This document shows, one piece after another, positions 29,414 through 39,886 of a DNA stretch of 64,000 bases (within the stretch, counting starts at the first letter, position 1; each line of letters opens with the position of its first letter). Origin of the DNA: an uncultured archaeon (GTDB taxonomy: Archaea; Asgardarchaeota; Lokiarchaeia; Sigyniarchaeales; SOKP01); the NCBI GenBank assembly GCA_964486045.1, contig CAZALK010000012.1, forward strand, positions 1-64,000, written 5' to 3'. The notes under the pieces are model-generated. The model worked only from the letters and a program-made list of their open reading frames with translations. It was not told the origin of the DNA and did no database searches. A program made the translations under genes and the position numbers.

Positions 29414-30634
29414 TTAATCGTATTTAATATTTACTCTCTTTTTTCCAGTTAATAAGCCTTGCATTAATCCTTTCTTTATCGTTTTTAATCTATTTTGATA
29501 TTCTTCTTCAATTTCAATATTATTATCAATAGATAATAATATGTTTGATATCGACTTCTGTTCCTCTATTGTTGGTGGGACAGGAATTCTAAATAATTTG
29601 AATAAAGATTTTTTTACAATTGGAACAGCAGCAACTCCTGCATATGTTTTTAAATATTTTGATCTATTTGAAATGGCATAACAAATATAATGGGGATCAT
29701 TAGTCTCATCACAAATCAATGAGTTAATTTGTTGATTCATAATTGAATCCTTTACTGCTAAAGCAACTTTTCCTATAGTTGATCCTATGCAAACAGTACA
29801 TATACCATTTTCTGGTATTAACTTTGATTGATTTGCTCCAAGAAACGATACGAATCTTTCGGTTTTTCTTATATAATGTTTATTTGTTATATCTCCTGGT
29901 GTAATAAAAGGAATATCATCTCCCCAGTAGTCATCAACTAATGTTGATGGTGTTTTTCCAGTAAAAATTCTTCCTATTTTTTTTAGTTGTAGAACATTCC
30001 AACTTTTTGGAATTTTCCCCACTCTCGTCTCTTTAAATTCGGTATGTTCGATCCCCTTCGTAAACAGGCGTTGCATCAGCCCTTTTTTTAAAATTTGTAA
30101 ATATTTAATGAGATCTTGTGTTTTAAAAATTAATTCATCAACATTATATATCATGGAGCTAATTTGTTTTTGTTCTTTAAGATTTCCTGGTAATAATACA
30201 GGAAAATTAATCAATTCTTCTTTAGTAATCGCTTCAAAAGTAGATCCTTGTTTGAGACGGCTAAAGACTTTATTAAAGTGGTTTAACAAATAATAAATGT
30301 ATTTCGTATCATATCCATTTTTAACTCTCACTGCAGAAAGCCCGCGTCCTATGCAAGATTCCACATCAGCAATGTTTATAGCTCCTACAGGTGCTCTAAC
30401 ACTAACTAAGATATCATTTGGGTCAGCAATTTTTTTAGGGGAATTACACCATGTTTTTACATCAGGATGATAATAACCAAAATCTGCATTACCCTGAAAA
30501 AAAGGTAAACCCTCAGAATCGGTATTATAAGTAGATGATGGGGGAGATTGCCCCATGATTATAAGAGAGATTTCTTTTAATTTTTTAATTTCCCATAAAT
30601 CTGGAACATTAATATTTAACAATCTATTGGTCAT
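29414..30634 (-). CDS. hsdS: Type I R-M specificity subunit S
   Basis: Two TRDs with conserved P...EQ..I and KKGLMQ.L.T repeats. Confidence 0.95.
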   Translation of the reverse strand: MTNRLLNINVPDLWEIKKLKEISLIIMGQSPPSSTYNTDSEGLPFFQGNADFGYYHPDVKTWCNSPKKIADPNDILVSVRAPVGAINIADVESCIGRGLSAVRVKNGYDTKYIYYLLNHFNKVFSRLKQGSTFEAITKEELINFPVLLPGNLKEQKQISSMIYNVDELIFKTQDLIKYLQILKKGLMQRLFTKGIEHTEFKETRVGKIPKSWNVLQLKKIGRIFTGKTPSTLVDDYWGDDIPFITPGDITNKHYIRKTERFVSFLGANQSKLIPENGICTVCIGSTIGKVALAVKDSIMNQQINSLICDETNDPHYICYAISNRSKYLKTYAGVAAVPIVKKSLFKLFRIPVPPTIEEQKSISNILLSIDNNIEIEEEYQNRLKTIKKGLMQGLLTGKKRVNIKYD

Positions 30635-32135
30635 ATCCTAATTCTCTCATATTTTTTTCAAACTCCTTCTCTAATTCCATCCGTTCAGTTTGTAGTTTTC
30701 TCAATTCCACAATACATTCAGCAACATTTACAGGTTCCTCCTCAGGCAAAATATCAATATATCGAGATACATTCAAATTAAAATCGTTTTCTTGGATTTC
30801 TTCAAGATTGATTAAAGCTGAAAATTTTTCTATTTCTTCCTTTTTTCGATAGGTATTGGAAATCTTTTGGATATGTGCAGCTCTTAGAAAATTTTGTGCT
30901 TTTCCCTCTTCAAACTCATTTTCAGCGTGGATAAAGAAAACTTTATTTTTCAATGCTTCTGATTTTTGCCTATTTATTATGATTAAACACCCTGGAGCAC
31001 CCGTATTATAAAATAGGTTAGAGGGTAATGCTACAACACCTTCAATGAAATCTGCTTCAACAATAGCTTTTCTTACTTTTCCTTCACTCTGCCCACGAAA
31101 TAACGCACCATTATCCAATACTACTCCCATTCTGCCGTTATGATTCAACGTCGCCAACATATGTTGTATCCACATCCAATCACCAGAACTTTTTGGTGGT
31201 ATGCCATACTTAACTCTTCCATAAGGATCGCCCCTCTCAAATAGTTCACGACTCCACTCTTTCTGGTTCCACATAGGGTTTGCGATAACGATATCAAACA
31301 ACATTAAAAGATTATCTTCTTTTAATTTCGGATCCGCCATTGTATCCCCATGTTCAAGTCTGTGATCAAGAACATTATGAAGCAAGAAATTCATTTTCGC
31401 AATAGCCCATGTATTCAGATTTTTTTCTTGCCCAAAAATAGAAATGTTATTAGGATTTTTTCCTTGCTCTTTCAAATATTTTACACTTTCTATGAGCATT
31501 CCACCACTACCACAGGCAGGATCGCAAATTCTCATACCTTCTTGAGGATCTAAAAGCCTAACTAAGAGTTTTACAACCCCCTGAGGAGTGTAAAATTCAC
31601 CACCTTTTTTACCCGAATCATCGGCAAACTGCTTAATTAAGTATTCATAAGCTCTTCCCAACATGTCTGGTTCGCTTAAATTTGAATTTGCCAGATTAAA
31701 CTCTGGTTGACTAAAATGAGTAATAAGTTTATTTAAAGCTGCATCAGGTAAGCGCTTTGTGTCTTCAAATTGAATGGGTGTTAAAACGCCTTCCAAGAGA
31801 GGATTACCTTCTTCTAATGCTTCAAAAGCTTTATCTATAGCATTTCCGATTCCTTCTGATATCCTGCGAATGCTTCTCCAACGTGCCCGTTCTGGCACAA
31901 AAAATTGATAATTATCAGGATCCTCTCGGTCTCCTGTCACTTGTCGACGCTCCTCATCAAACTGATCAGATAATCTTTTCAAGAATAACAGACCAAATAT
32001 ATAGTGTTTGTATTCTGAGGAGTCTATGCTACCGCGTAAAATATCGGCTGCGGTCCATAAAAATGATTCTAACTTATCGAGGGCTAATTTCGGCATTTTT
32101 CGACCCGACCATTTGTCTAATTCTTTTTGAGGCAT
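30624..32135 (-). CDS. hsdM: Type I R-M methyltransferase subunit M
   Basis: LWTAADILRG, GEFYTP, DPACGSGG, catalytic motif IV NPMW; probable start 32096. Confidence 0.97.
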   Translation of the reverse strand: MPQKELDKWSGRKMPKLALDKLESFLWTAADILRGSIDSSEYKHYIFGLLFLKRLSDQFDEERRQVTGDREDPDNYQFFVPERARWRSIRRISEGIGNAIDKAFEALEEGNPLLEGVLTPIQFEDTKRLPDAALNKLITHFSQPEFNLANSNLSEPDMLGRAYEYLIKQFADDSGKKGGEFYTPQGVVKLLVRLLDPQEGMRICDPACGSGGMLIESVKYLKEQGKNPNNISIFGQEKNLNTWAIAKMNFLLHNVLDHRLEHGDTMADPKLKEDNLLMLFDIVIANPMWNQKEWSRELFERGDPYGRVKYGIPPKSSGDWMWIQHMLATLNHNGRMGVVLDNGALFRGQSEGKVRKAIVEADFIEGVVALPSNLFYNTGAPGCLIIINRQKSEALKNKVFFIHAENEFEEGKAQNFLRAAHIQKISNTYRKKEEIEKFSALINLEEIQENDFNLNVSRYIDILPEEEPVNVAECIVELRKLQTERMELEKEFEKNMRELGYDQ

Positions 32136-32489
32136 TTTTCTACATTCACTCTAAATATAAAAATCATTATATTATTTACAATTTTCAGTTTTTTTATTAG
32201 TTTCTCTTAGTGAATTAATAACTGGGGTCTTAATCTTAAAATTAATTGGATAATAGGAAAAACAAAATCAGATATTATCTTCTTTAGATGGATTTTCAAT
32301 TATCAAGAAGTGTTAATCTCTTATCCCCCATCCATTTTATATTAGTAAGAAGTAATAATTAAGTAGAATAAGTCAACAATTTTGGATTAAATATAGTAAA
32401 TTCTAAATTTTTTGAGAAAAATGAATATTAAGTCTAGATTAGCATTATTTAGCTTGATTAAAAAATTTCCAAATTAAAGAGGAGAGTTA

Positions 32490-34883
32490 ATGGAATATGT
32501 AAACTATAATGGTAAAAAATATCTAGTTAACAACTTTAAGTTAGATTTAAGTGGAGAAGGCATCAAGGATATAGCTCAAATTAAGAATTTAAAAAATCTT
32601 ACAACTGTTAAATCATTAGATCTTTGGAACAATTCTATTTCAAATATCAGCGGGTTTGGAGAAATACCACAATTACAAGAATTAAATTTACGAGATAACA
32701 ATATAGTTGAAGTCTGCGGTTTAGATAACCTTGAGAATCTTGAGGTACTAAATATTGCAAATAATAAGATTAAAAACCTTTCAGGTTTAAAAACCTTAAA
32801 AAAATTGAAAAACCTAGAAATACACGGCAATCAAATTGAAGATATAAATGGCTTAAACAAATTAACTAATCTTGAAAAATTAGGACTAAGTAGTAATAAA
32901 ATAAGTAAGATATCAGGATTAGATTCATTAGAAAAATTAAAAGATTTATATTTAAACAATAATCAGATTGAAAAAATAGAAAATATTAATCATTTATCAT
33001 CTCTTTCTTACATAGATCTTAGCTCAAATCCAATTGACGAAATCGCTGGTTTTGAAAACCTAACAAACTTAAAAAACATCAAGTTAAATAACACGTTAAT
33101 TAAAGAGGAATTGTTCACAAAGTTAGGAGGTCTTAAAGCTGATTTATCCAGCAGCTATACAGTTAAGGAGCCACAGAACCTTGTGAAATATTGTCGAGGG
33201 GATTATGTTGAGTATCAAGATAAGTATTTTTTCTTGAATGGCAAAACGCTTGAATTGAACAAACTAAGAATTAAAGATATCAGTGATATTAAACGGTTAA
33301 AGGAATTAGATTTTTTGGAACATTTAAAATTAGCTAACAATCAAATAAAAGAAATTAAAAATCTAAACGCTCTTGTCAATTTGAAAAGTCTAGCCCTTAG
33401 TAGTAATCAAATAGAGAAAATTAAAAATCTTGATTCCTTAAGTAACTTAGAAATACTCGCACTTAATGATAATCAAATACTGGAAATCAATGGACTCGAT
33501 AAATTAGAAAAACTCCAAAAACTAAATATGAGTAATAATAATATCACTAAAATTAAGGGTCTTAAAAATCTACAACATCTAAAACAATTAATATTATCTG
33601 GAAATAGCATTAATTCAATTGAAGACCTACAAATGCTTAAAAATTTGGAGTATTTGCATATAGCAAGTAATAATATCAATAAATTTCAAGGACTAGATAT
33701 ACAAATAAATTTAAAATGGTTATATTTAGAAAATAATAATTTAACTTCCGTAAAGGGGATTGAAAAGTTAAGTCGTTTAGAGATTTTGAATTTAAATAAT
33801 AATTCAATTAATGACATTGAATACATTACTGAGTGTATAACTTTAAAAAAATTATATCTGGGGAATAATAAAATAGCCAAATTTGAGGATTTAGGAAATT
33901 TGGTTAATTTAATCTTTCTTAACATCGAAAACAATAAGATTGATGCCAATTTATATGAAATTTTAAAATTAACAGACAACAGCCCTCGATTGTTTGTGAG
34001 TTATTGCCTTCTAAGGCAATTAATAGAAAATATGGAAAAGAAAATTATATGGTCTGATTCTATAAGGAAATATCCTTACTTAAAAGGTATAAATTATGAT
34101 GAACTTAGAAAAATTTCGTCTAGATTTAGATATGTGGAAATTCTAATAAATAATAATTATGAGATTCAGGCTATTGTGACTCCTGAATGTTTAGTAGTCG
34201 AACTTGATACAATATTAGAACCTTTCCCTGAAAATGAAGATTTAAGTTATACTTTTTTAAGAGAAAAATTAAAATTAATAACTGATAAGGCTGCTAAAGA
34301 ATTTAGTCTATATATAAAAGAAAAAAGATTATCAAAGTATCCCATATATGAAACTGAAAAAGGAATAAGAAAATTAGGAAAAGAACAATTAACACATCAA
34401 CTAGTTATTTATGATGCACCAAATCAAAGATTTTTTCTCAACAGAAGTCAATTTGAGTTTAGACTAAAGCAGATTGACAAATTTCTTACATTTAATAAGA
34501 AACAATCTTCCCAAATTTATAAATATGCATTTATCACTGATGAGATAATTAAAAATAATAGTGCAGCAATTAACTTTTTAGAACAAAAATTAAATTGGCA
34601 TTTGATCTATGTCTCTAAAGATGAAAAAACCACAGATATCGATGCTAAGATTACAACTTTTGTTAACGATCTAAATAACCTTTATTCAAGAAGATGGGAT
34701 ACAATTCATCTAATAACAGCTGACCACCAATTAATAAATTTCTTTTTAAATACTTTTAAAACCACTCCTTTAACGAATCTCTTCTTTATTACTAATCCTG
34801 ATGAAGATCTCCTTACATCTATAGGTGAACTGAAAAAATATGATAATGACAACCTAAATTTAAATATTTATCATAGAGCTTGA
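32490..34883 (+). CDS. Leucine-rich-repeat protein (SDS22-like, two LRR blocks) with a C-terminal NYN/PIN-like domain
   Basis: About 20 LxxLxLxxNxIxxIxGL repeats; C-terminal LVIYDAPN...KTTDIDAKI...DTIHLITADHQL resembles NYN/LabA motifs. Confidence 0.7.
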   Translation: MEYVNYNGKKYLVNNFKLDLSGEGIKDIAQIKNLKNLTTVKSLDLWNNSISNISGFGEIPQLQELNLRDNNIVEVCGLDNLENLEVLNIANNKIKNLSGLKTLKKLKNLEIHGNQIEDINGLNKLTNLEKLGLSSNKISKISGLDSLEKLKDLYLNNNQIEKIENINHLSSLSYIDLSSNPIDEIAGFENLTNLKNIKLNNTLIKEELFTKLGGLKADLSSSYTVKEPQNLVKYCRGDYVEYQDKYFFLNGKTLELNKLRIKDISDIKRLKELDFLEHLKLANNQIKEIKNLNALVNLKSLALSSNQIEKIKNLDSLSNLEILALNDNQILEINGLDKLEKLQKLNMSNNNITKIKGLKNLQHLKQLILSGNSINSIEDLQMLKNLEYLHIASNNINKFQGLDIQINLKWLYLENNNLTSVKGIEKLSRLEILNLNNNSINDIEYITECITLKKLYLGNNKIAKFEDLGNLVNLIFLNIENNKIDANLYEILKLTDNSPRLFVSYCLLRQLIENMEKKIIWSDSIRKYPYLKGINYDELRKISSRFRYVEILINNNYEIQAIVTPECLVVELDTILEPFPENEDLSYTFLREKLKLITDKAAKEFSLYIKEKRLSKYPIYETEKGIRKLGKEQLTHQLVIYDAPNQRFFLNRSQFEFRLKQIDKFLTFNKKQSSQIYKYAFITDEIIKNNSAAINFLEQKLNWHLIYVSKDEKTTDIDAKITTFVNDLNNLYSRRWDTIHLITADHQLINFFLNTFKTTPLTNLFFITNPDEDLLTSIGELKKYDNDNLNLNIYHRA

Positions 34884-35021
34884 AAATATTGATATGTATT
34901 AAGCCTTTTAGTCGCTGTAAATATTAAACTCTAGATAATTTTCTATTCATAATTTAAATAAGAAAAGACAATTTCGTATAATATCATCAATTGATTTATC
35001 CCCATAAGAAAACTCAAAAAA

Positions 35022-36020
35022 ATGATTGATAAAATCGAGAAAATTGGACAAAAGTTATTAGGAGATATGTATTCTCATGGTTTTTCGACATCTTATGATA
35101 AAGACTTAATACAATTATTTCCAGAACAGAAAGAAAGGGACATTAAAGATGCTGTGAAGTTTCTTTCCAAAAAAGGATTTATTAAAGTTATAGGTATGGA
35201 TTATATTTCCCATAACTTTTTCCTTAAAGATTTTTCTGGTAACATTACTGATATAGGTGTTTTAAACATAGAAGACAATGATTTTAATGATCAGGATAAA
35301 TATAGTGTTGAAATAATTAGATTTTTACAAATAATTGATGACTCAAATGAAGAATCTTTATTTATTGATAAAATAATCCCAAGAATAATACAGAAAGGTT
35401 CAAAAAAAACAGAGGAGGATTTAAGGTTTTTCATTTGTACTTGTATAGAATATTCTTGTAATGTACAAAAAACATGGTCTGGAAGTGGTATAATTAGTCA
35501 ATTATATGTAAATAACAATACTTCTCCAATTACAGATATAGGTATGAATATCCTACAAGATTTTATCAACAAAACTGAAATTTTAACAAGTCCTTTAATA
35601 ACAAATAGAGATATGATAATAGAAGAATACAATTCTCTTGTATTTTTAATAAAAAACAAGTTATGGAAAGATGCATGCATTAAAATGGGTTCAATTTTAG
35701 AGTATCTTTTAACAAAATGGTTAGAATCTAAAAAAATTGCACAAATTAATCATATACAGGATAAGAAGCTAAAATCCTTGGATAAAGCCTGGTTTTATGA
35801 TAAAATAATGTATTACATTGAAACAGCTCGATATGATTATAACAATGAAATTGGGAATGGTCCTCAATGGGAAATTGTTAACAAAGTAATTCGGGGATAC
35901 AGAAATTACATTCATCTGCAAAAATATGAAAAAAGAATTGCAAAAGATGGATATTTAGAAAAAAATGATTATGAGTTATTAAACATACCATTTAATCAAA
36001 TTATAAACTATTTTAAGTAA
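35022..36020 (+). CDS. Protein with a C-terminal HEPN-like (DUF4145-type) domain and a wHTH-like N-terminus
   Basis: ACIKMGSILEYLL...IRGYRNYIH. Confidence 0.55.
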   Translation: MIDKIEKIGQKLLGDMYSHGFSTSYDKDLIQLFPEQKERDIKDAVKFLSKKGFIKVIGMDYISHNFFLKDFSGNITDIGVLNIEDNDFNDQDKYSVEIIRFLQIIDDSNEESLFIDKIIPRIIQKGSKKTEEDLRFFICTCIEYSCNVQKTWSGSGIISQLYVNNNTSPITDIGMNILQDFINKTEILTSPLITNRDMIIEEYNSLVFLIKNKLWKDACIKMGSILEYLLTKWLESKKIAQINHIQDKKLKSLDKAWFYDKIMYYIETARYDYNNEIGNGPQWEIVNKVIRGYRNYIHLQKYEKRIAKDGYLEKNDYELLNIPFNQIINYFK

Positions 36021-38028
36021 TCTCTTGAAGTGCACGATCAAGTTTATGGTTTAATGTTTTGATTAAGTATTTCTCACCTGTAGCACCATTGATTACCAAT
36101 GCAAGTCTATTTTCTAATTGCGTTAAAATTTGCCTTTCGACAGGATCTTCAGAAAAAAGGAGATTATTAGGATAATCCTCCCTGAATATAACCTTAATGC
36201 TTGGTTGGGACACCACATCATCAAATAAACGAGCTGGAGATTGGTCTGCAATAATAAATCCAACACCACGGCTTCGATATTCCTTTAATAATTCCGAAAA
36301 AATTTTAGCCATTTGTTCTTTCATAATAAAATCAGCGTCATCACTATTTGTAGTAATGGGTTTTTCTGTAATAGCATGGGCTTCATCAATAACAATTAGG
36401 TATTTTAACTCCTCTGCTTCGCTATCTTTTGTCACAGTTCTTACAAGCTGAAATATCGAATTTACAATTAACATCTTTATAAATTTACTACACATAGACA
36501 AATCAAGAAATATTTTACTGCCGTTCAACCAATCTTCAACCCATTTAGGCAGTGATTCTGTGATTTTTAATACATCTTGAACTTTGTTTTCGTCAAAAGT
36601 GTTCATTCGATTTCTGAAAACCTGCAATAAATTAGCCTGCTCTTCAGGACCGTAAGGATTATTTCTAATGTACGTTTCTACACCCCTTAGTAAACCTATA
36701 AAGAATTCTGGCAGCTGACCCTTTAACTCTAAGAAACCCACTTCAGTACGATAAATAATCTTTTCAAACACATTCTTTAACCCTAAAGATGCGCAAATAT
36801 AGGTGGCGGTTTCCTGCAACCTTTTTTTTAGAGTTTCTTTCTCAGCGTCTATAAAATAAGGGATACTAAAATCCTCATCAGAATATTTTACTTTGCTAAA
36901 GTCTCGATAAAATATCTCCTGAGATTCTTTCGCCACATTAAGAACAAGGATGCCAACATTTTTAGCTTTAGTAGTAAGTTCTGCTATAAAACGAGCAAGA
37001 AAATAGGTTTTCCCACTGCCAGATTTCCCAAATATCGCCAAGTCTTGAGGAAGCTTATTAATTGGTATAAATGTTTCATGATCCGTTATAACACCGTCTT
37101 TAATATGGTTTCCGACACTTATGGCTTTTCTCTTGAATTCATCGTGAATGTCGATGTATCTGACGTTTTCATTTTCTAAAATGGGCAATCTGGGCAACGG
37201 AAGAGTCTCTGGAAAATCGAAATTAACATCTTCTTGAACATAATTTCTCAACGATTCTTTATTGTTGTTAAACACATCCCCTTTTAGTATATCTAAGTGT
37301 GAAATTTCTGAAGGAGTAATAATCCTCGCCCGATCACCCAATTGATTTTCAATATCCATAGATAAAAATTGGAGTATGCCTTCCAACTTTAATTTATCCT
37401 CAACCTCCGAGTTTTTTAAATGAAATTCTACAAAAATTCTTAAGTTGAATAAGTTTGACTGCTCTTGAGATTTTTCAGAACGAGGTTCTCTGCGCCATAG
37501 AATGAATAGCTGGACCGTATGTTTTGTAGTGTAATAAAAGGCACTAATAAATCTCTCAATGATGTTAATTTTATTCTTGATAAAACCTTGTGGCAGGATT
37601 ATTTCTAGTAAATGACCTTCCTTCTGGGTTTCGTGGTCTTGTTTCAGAATAGATTTTGCCTTAACTGTTCCGTCTAATCCCCTAAATTTATATTTTAAGT
37701 TTGAAAGCCAGGCATATCCCTTTTTAATTGCATCAGATTTCGAGTCTGACTTTGTAAAAAATACTACCTCTACATTGTCTTTTGCTGTGAGTTCGAGACC
37801 ATAACTACCTGGAGGATTGTAGCCAAAAGGATCATACAGAAAAGACCTAATGTCCTCATGCCTTTGATAAAAAGGGACTGCAGTTTCTGGAATAATATCC
37901 GGGATAAAAAGTTCTGGGGCTTGCGTTATCTGAATCCGAGTCTGCCAAAATGACTCATCCTCTTCTTTATTGGCTATTTGTTTAGGGCTCTCCGCCACTC
38001 TCAACCCCTGCCTTAGGATATTCCTCAT
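36013..38028 (-). CDS. HerA/VirB4/TraG-like (DUF87) P-loop ATPase with an unknown N-terminal domain
   Basis: DLAIFGKSGSGKT Walker A; IVIDEAH Walker B; EYRSRGVG..IADQSP. Confidence 0.9.
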   Translation of the reverse strand: MRNILRQGLRVAESPKQIANKEEDESFWQTRIQITQAPELFIPDIIPETAVPFYQRHEDIRSFLYDPFGYNPPGSYGLELTAKDNVEVVFFTKSDSKSDAIKKGYAWLSNLKYKFRGLDGTVKAKSILKQDHETQKEGHLLEIILPQGFIKNKINIIERFISAFYYTTKHTVQLFILWRREPRSEKSQEQSNLFNLRIFVEFHLKNSEVEDKLKLEGILQFLSMDIENQLGDRARIITPSEISHLDILKGDVFNNNKESLRNYVQEDVNFDFPETLPLPRLPILENENVRYIDIHDEFKRKAISVGNHIKDGVITDHETFIPINKLPQDLAIFGKSGSGKTYFLARFIAELTTKAKNVGILVLNVAKESQEIFYRDFSKVKYSDEDFSIPYFIDAEKETLKKRLQETATYICASLGLKNVFEKIIYRTEVGFLELKGQLPEFFIGLLRGVETYIRNNPYGPEEQANLLQVFRNRMNTFDENKVQDVLKITESLPKWVEDWLNGSKIFLDLSMCSKFIKMLIVNSIFQLVRTVTKDSEAEELKYLIVIDEAHAITEKPITTNSDDADFIMKEQMAKIFSELLKEYRSRGVGFIIADQSPARLFDDVVSQPSIKVIFREDYPNNLLFSEDPVERQILTQLENRLALVINGATGEKYLIKTLNHKLDRALQEIT

Positions 38029-39886
38029 CTATATCATCATAATCCTTATCCCCTTTCTCTTGAGGACTGTCAATTCCATCGAAATCACTACCTTTTTCTG
38101 TGATAGTGTCATCTAATCCATGATAATCAATATGAGATTCACCGTCATACTTATCGATTCCCTTGAAATCCTCTCCCTTATCCCCCCTGGTTTGATCAAT
38201 ACCTTCATAATCGTTAGATTGTTTCTCACCAGAAGCATCATGTACATGTCCGGAAGTAAACTTAGGTTTTTCGTCTCTTTTATCTCTACTCTTATCCAAA
38301 TCTGTTCTCTCTTTCGACTTTTCTTCATCTGATGAGACGAGTTCAAGAGGACCAATAATTATCCCCTTAGGAGGTTTTCTAGAAAATTCATTTGAGAGAT
38401 TATCAGAAGACTTTTCAAACTGATTTTCTTGTTGATCATCCGACTCATCGGTTGGGGCAACCATAGGGGATTCTTCAACGTCAATAATCTCTTCCTCTGA
38501 TGGGTCATCACTCTTCTCATCTTTTTGTTCTTCTGTAGACTTTTCTTTTTCCCCCTCAACTTCCTCTTCTTGATCTTTCTCAACTATTTCATCATCTTTT
38601 TTTTTTCTTGAATTTTTATCATCTAAAGAACCTTTATCTGTGTTTTTCGGAGTTGAATCCTTCCCTTCTAACTTTTCCTCGCTTGTTGTGTCCTCAGATT
38701 TTTCAGAATTATCTATGGATTCCTCATTATTTCCTTGCTCTTCTGCCTGTTTTTCCTGGATATCCTTCAACACATCATTTATATCTTTTCCTTGTAAGTA
38801 ATCCTTCAATTCTGTATAATTTTTTGGTCCATTGGGTCCAAACATTTCCTTGATTCTTTTAGTAAATGCAGTTTTCCCAATATCATACTTTTCAAGCATC
38901 TCCTTCTTAGGCATATTGTTTTTGATATCATTCAAAAATTGTCGTTTGTCACTTATCTCCTTCTTAGTTTTTTTTCCAATTTCACGCATTTTATTGATAA
39001 AATTAGGATCTTTTGCTCTCTCTTTCCTCTCATCCTCCTGTTTTTTTCTATATTCCGAATCATTACCCCATTTTTTTGTTATAGTTTTACTCATTTTCTC
39101 ACTATACCCTGGCCTTTGGGTAATCTCACGATTAATTTTTGTAATCTTTTCTCTCCATTCTGGATTCTTAGCCCTTTCTTGATTTATTTTTGTCATCTTC
39201 TCTCTCCATTCTGGATCCTTAGCCCTTTCTTGATTTATTTTTGTCATCTTCTCTCTCCATTCTGGATCCTTAGCCCTTTCTTGATTTATTTTTGTCATTT
39301 TCTCTCTCCATTCTGGATTCTTAGCCCTTTCTTGATTTATTTTTGTCATTTTCTCTCTCCATTCTGGATCCTTAGCCCTTTCTTGATTTATTTTTGTCAT
39401 TTTTTCAAGAAAATCTTTATTTTGTGTCAATTCCTTTCTAGCATTCATTTGCTTTTCGATATATTGTGGATCTTTATGCCATTTTTCGGACGAAATATTA
39501 CTTAATTTTTCTCTTACTTCTTGACTTGGTCTACCCCCCATTCCACCTTCAGTCATATTATAGCCTTTAGGAACCATTGAGTCATAATCCTTAATGTACT
39601 GAGTTTCTTTTTTATCTAATTCTTCTTGATTAGAAGCTACATCTTGTTCTATCAATTTAAAATTCTCTGGACCGTATTTAATAATGGCACTTTCTATAGA
39701 ACGAAGATTTTCTCCTCTTCTTTGTTTCGCATAAGCTTCTCGGACTTCTTCGTTCCAATGTTCTTTAATTGGAATTTTGTCATCTCCCCAACGACTTGTA
39801 ACAGTCTGTCCTAGATAATTCTTTCCATTCTCGTCATTATTTGCTCGATAAATATAACCAAAAGGAGCTTTTTCACTCTTAACCAT
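37982..39886 (-). CDS. GIY-YIG endonuclease-domain protein with 17-aa tandem repeats and an acidic tail
   Basis: GYIY...NGKNYLGQT, AIIKYG.ENF, LDKKE..YI, GYNMTEGG; (EKMTKINQERAK[DN]PEWR)n; C-terminal 5x D[YF]x[GD][IL]D; likely start MVKSEK at 39886. Confidence 0.85.
   Translation of the reverse strand: MVKSEKAPFGYIYRANNDENGKNYLGQTVTSRWGDDKIPIKEHWNEEVREAYAKQRRGENLRSIESAIIKYGPENFKLIEQDVASNQEELDKKETQYIKDYDSMVPKGYNMTEGGMGGRPSQEVREKLSNISSEKWHKDPQYIEKQMNARKELTQNKDFLEKMTKINQERAKDPEWREKMTKINQERAKNPEWREKMTKINQERAKDPEWREKMTKINQERAKDPEWREKMTKINQERAKNPEWREKITKINREITQRPGYSEKMSKTITKKWGNDSEYRKKQEDERKERAKDPNFINKMREIGKKTKKEISDKRQFLNDIKNNMPKKEMLEKYDIGKTAFTKRIKEMFGPNGPKNYTELKDYLQGKDINDVLKDIQEKQAEEQGNNEESIDNSEKSEDTTSEEKLEGKDSTPKNTDKGSLDDKNSRKKKDDEIVEKDQEEEVEGEKEKSTEEQKDEKSDDPSEEEIIDVEESPMVAPTDESDDQQENQFEKSSDNLSNEFSRKPPKGIIIGPLELVSSDEEKSKERTDLDKSRDKRDEKPKFTSGHVHDASGEKQSNDYEGIDQTRGDKGEDFKGIDKYDGESHIDYHGLDDTITEKGSDFDGIDSPQEKGDKDYDDIDEEYPKAGVESGGEP
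39130..39406 (-). repeat. 51-bp tandem coding repeat, 5 full copies plus partial ones
   Basis: ccattctgga at 39155, 39206, 39257, 39308, 39359; no spacers. Confidence 0.95.

Noticed and set aside
39130-39406. 51-bp repeats as a CRISPR array
   Set aside because: Contiguous units with no unique spacers, in frame within a protein, and no cas genes
38939-39505. 188-aa plus-strand ORF with repeats
   Set aside because: Antisense shadow of the GIY-YIG repeat region
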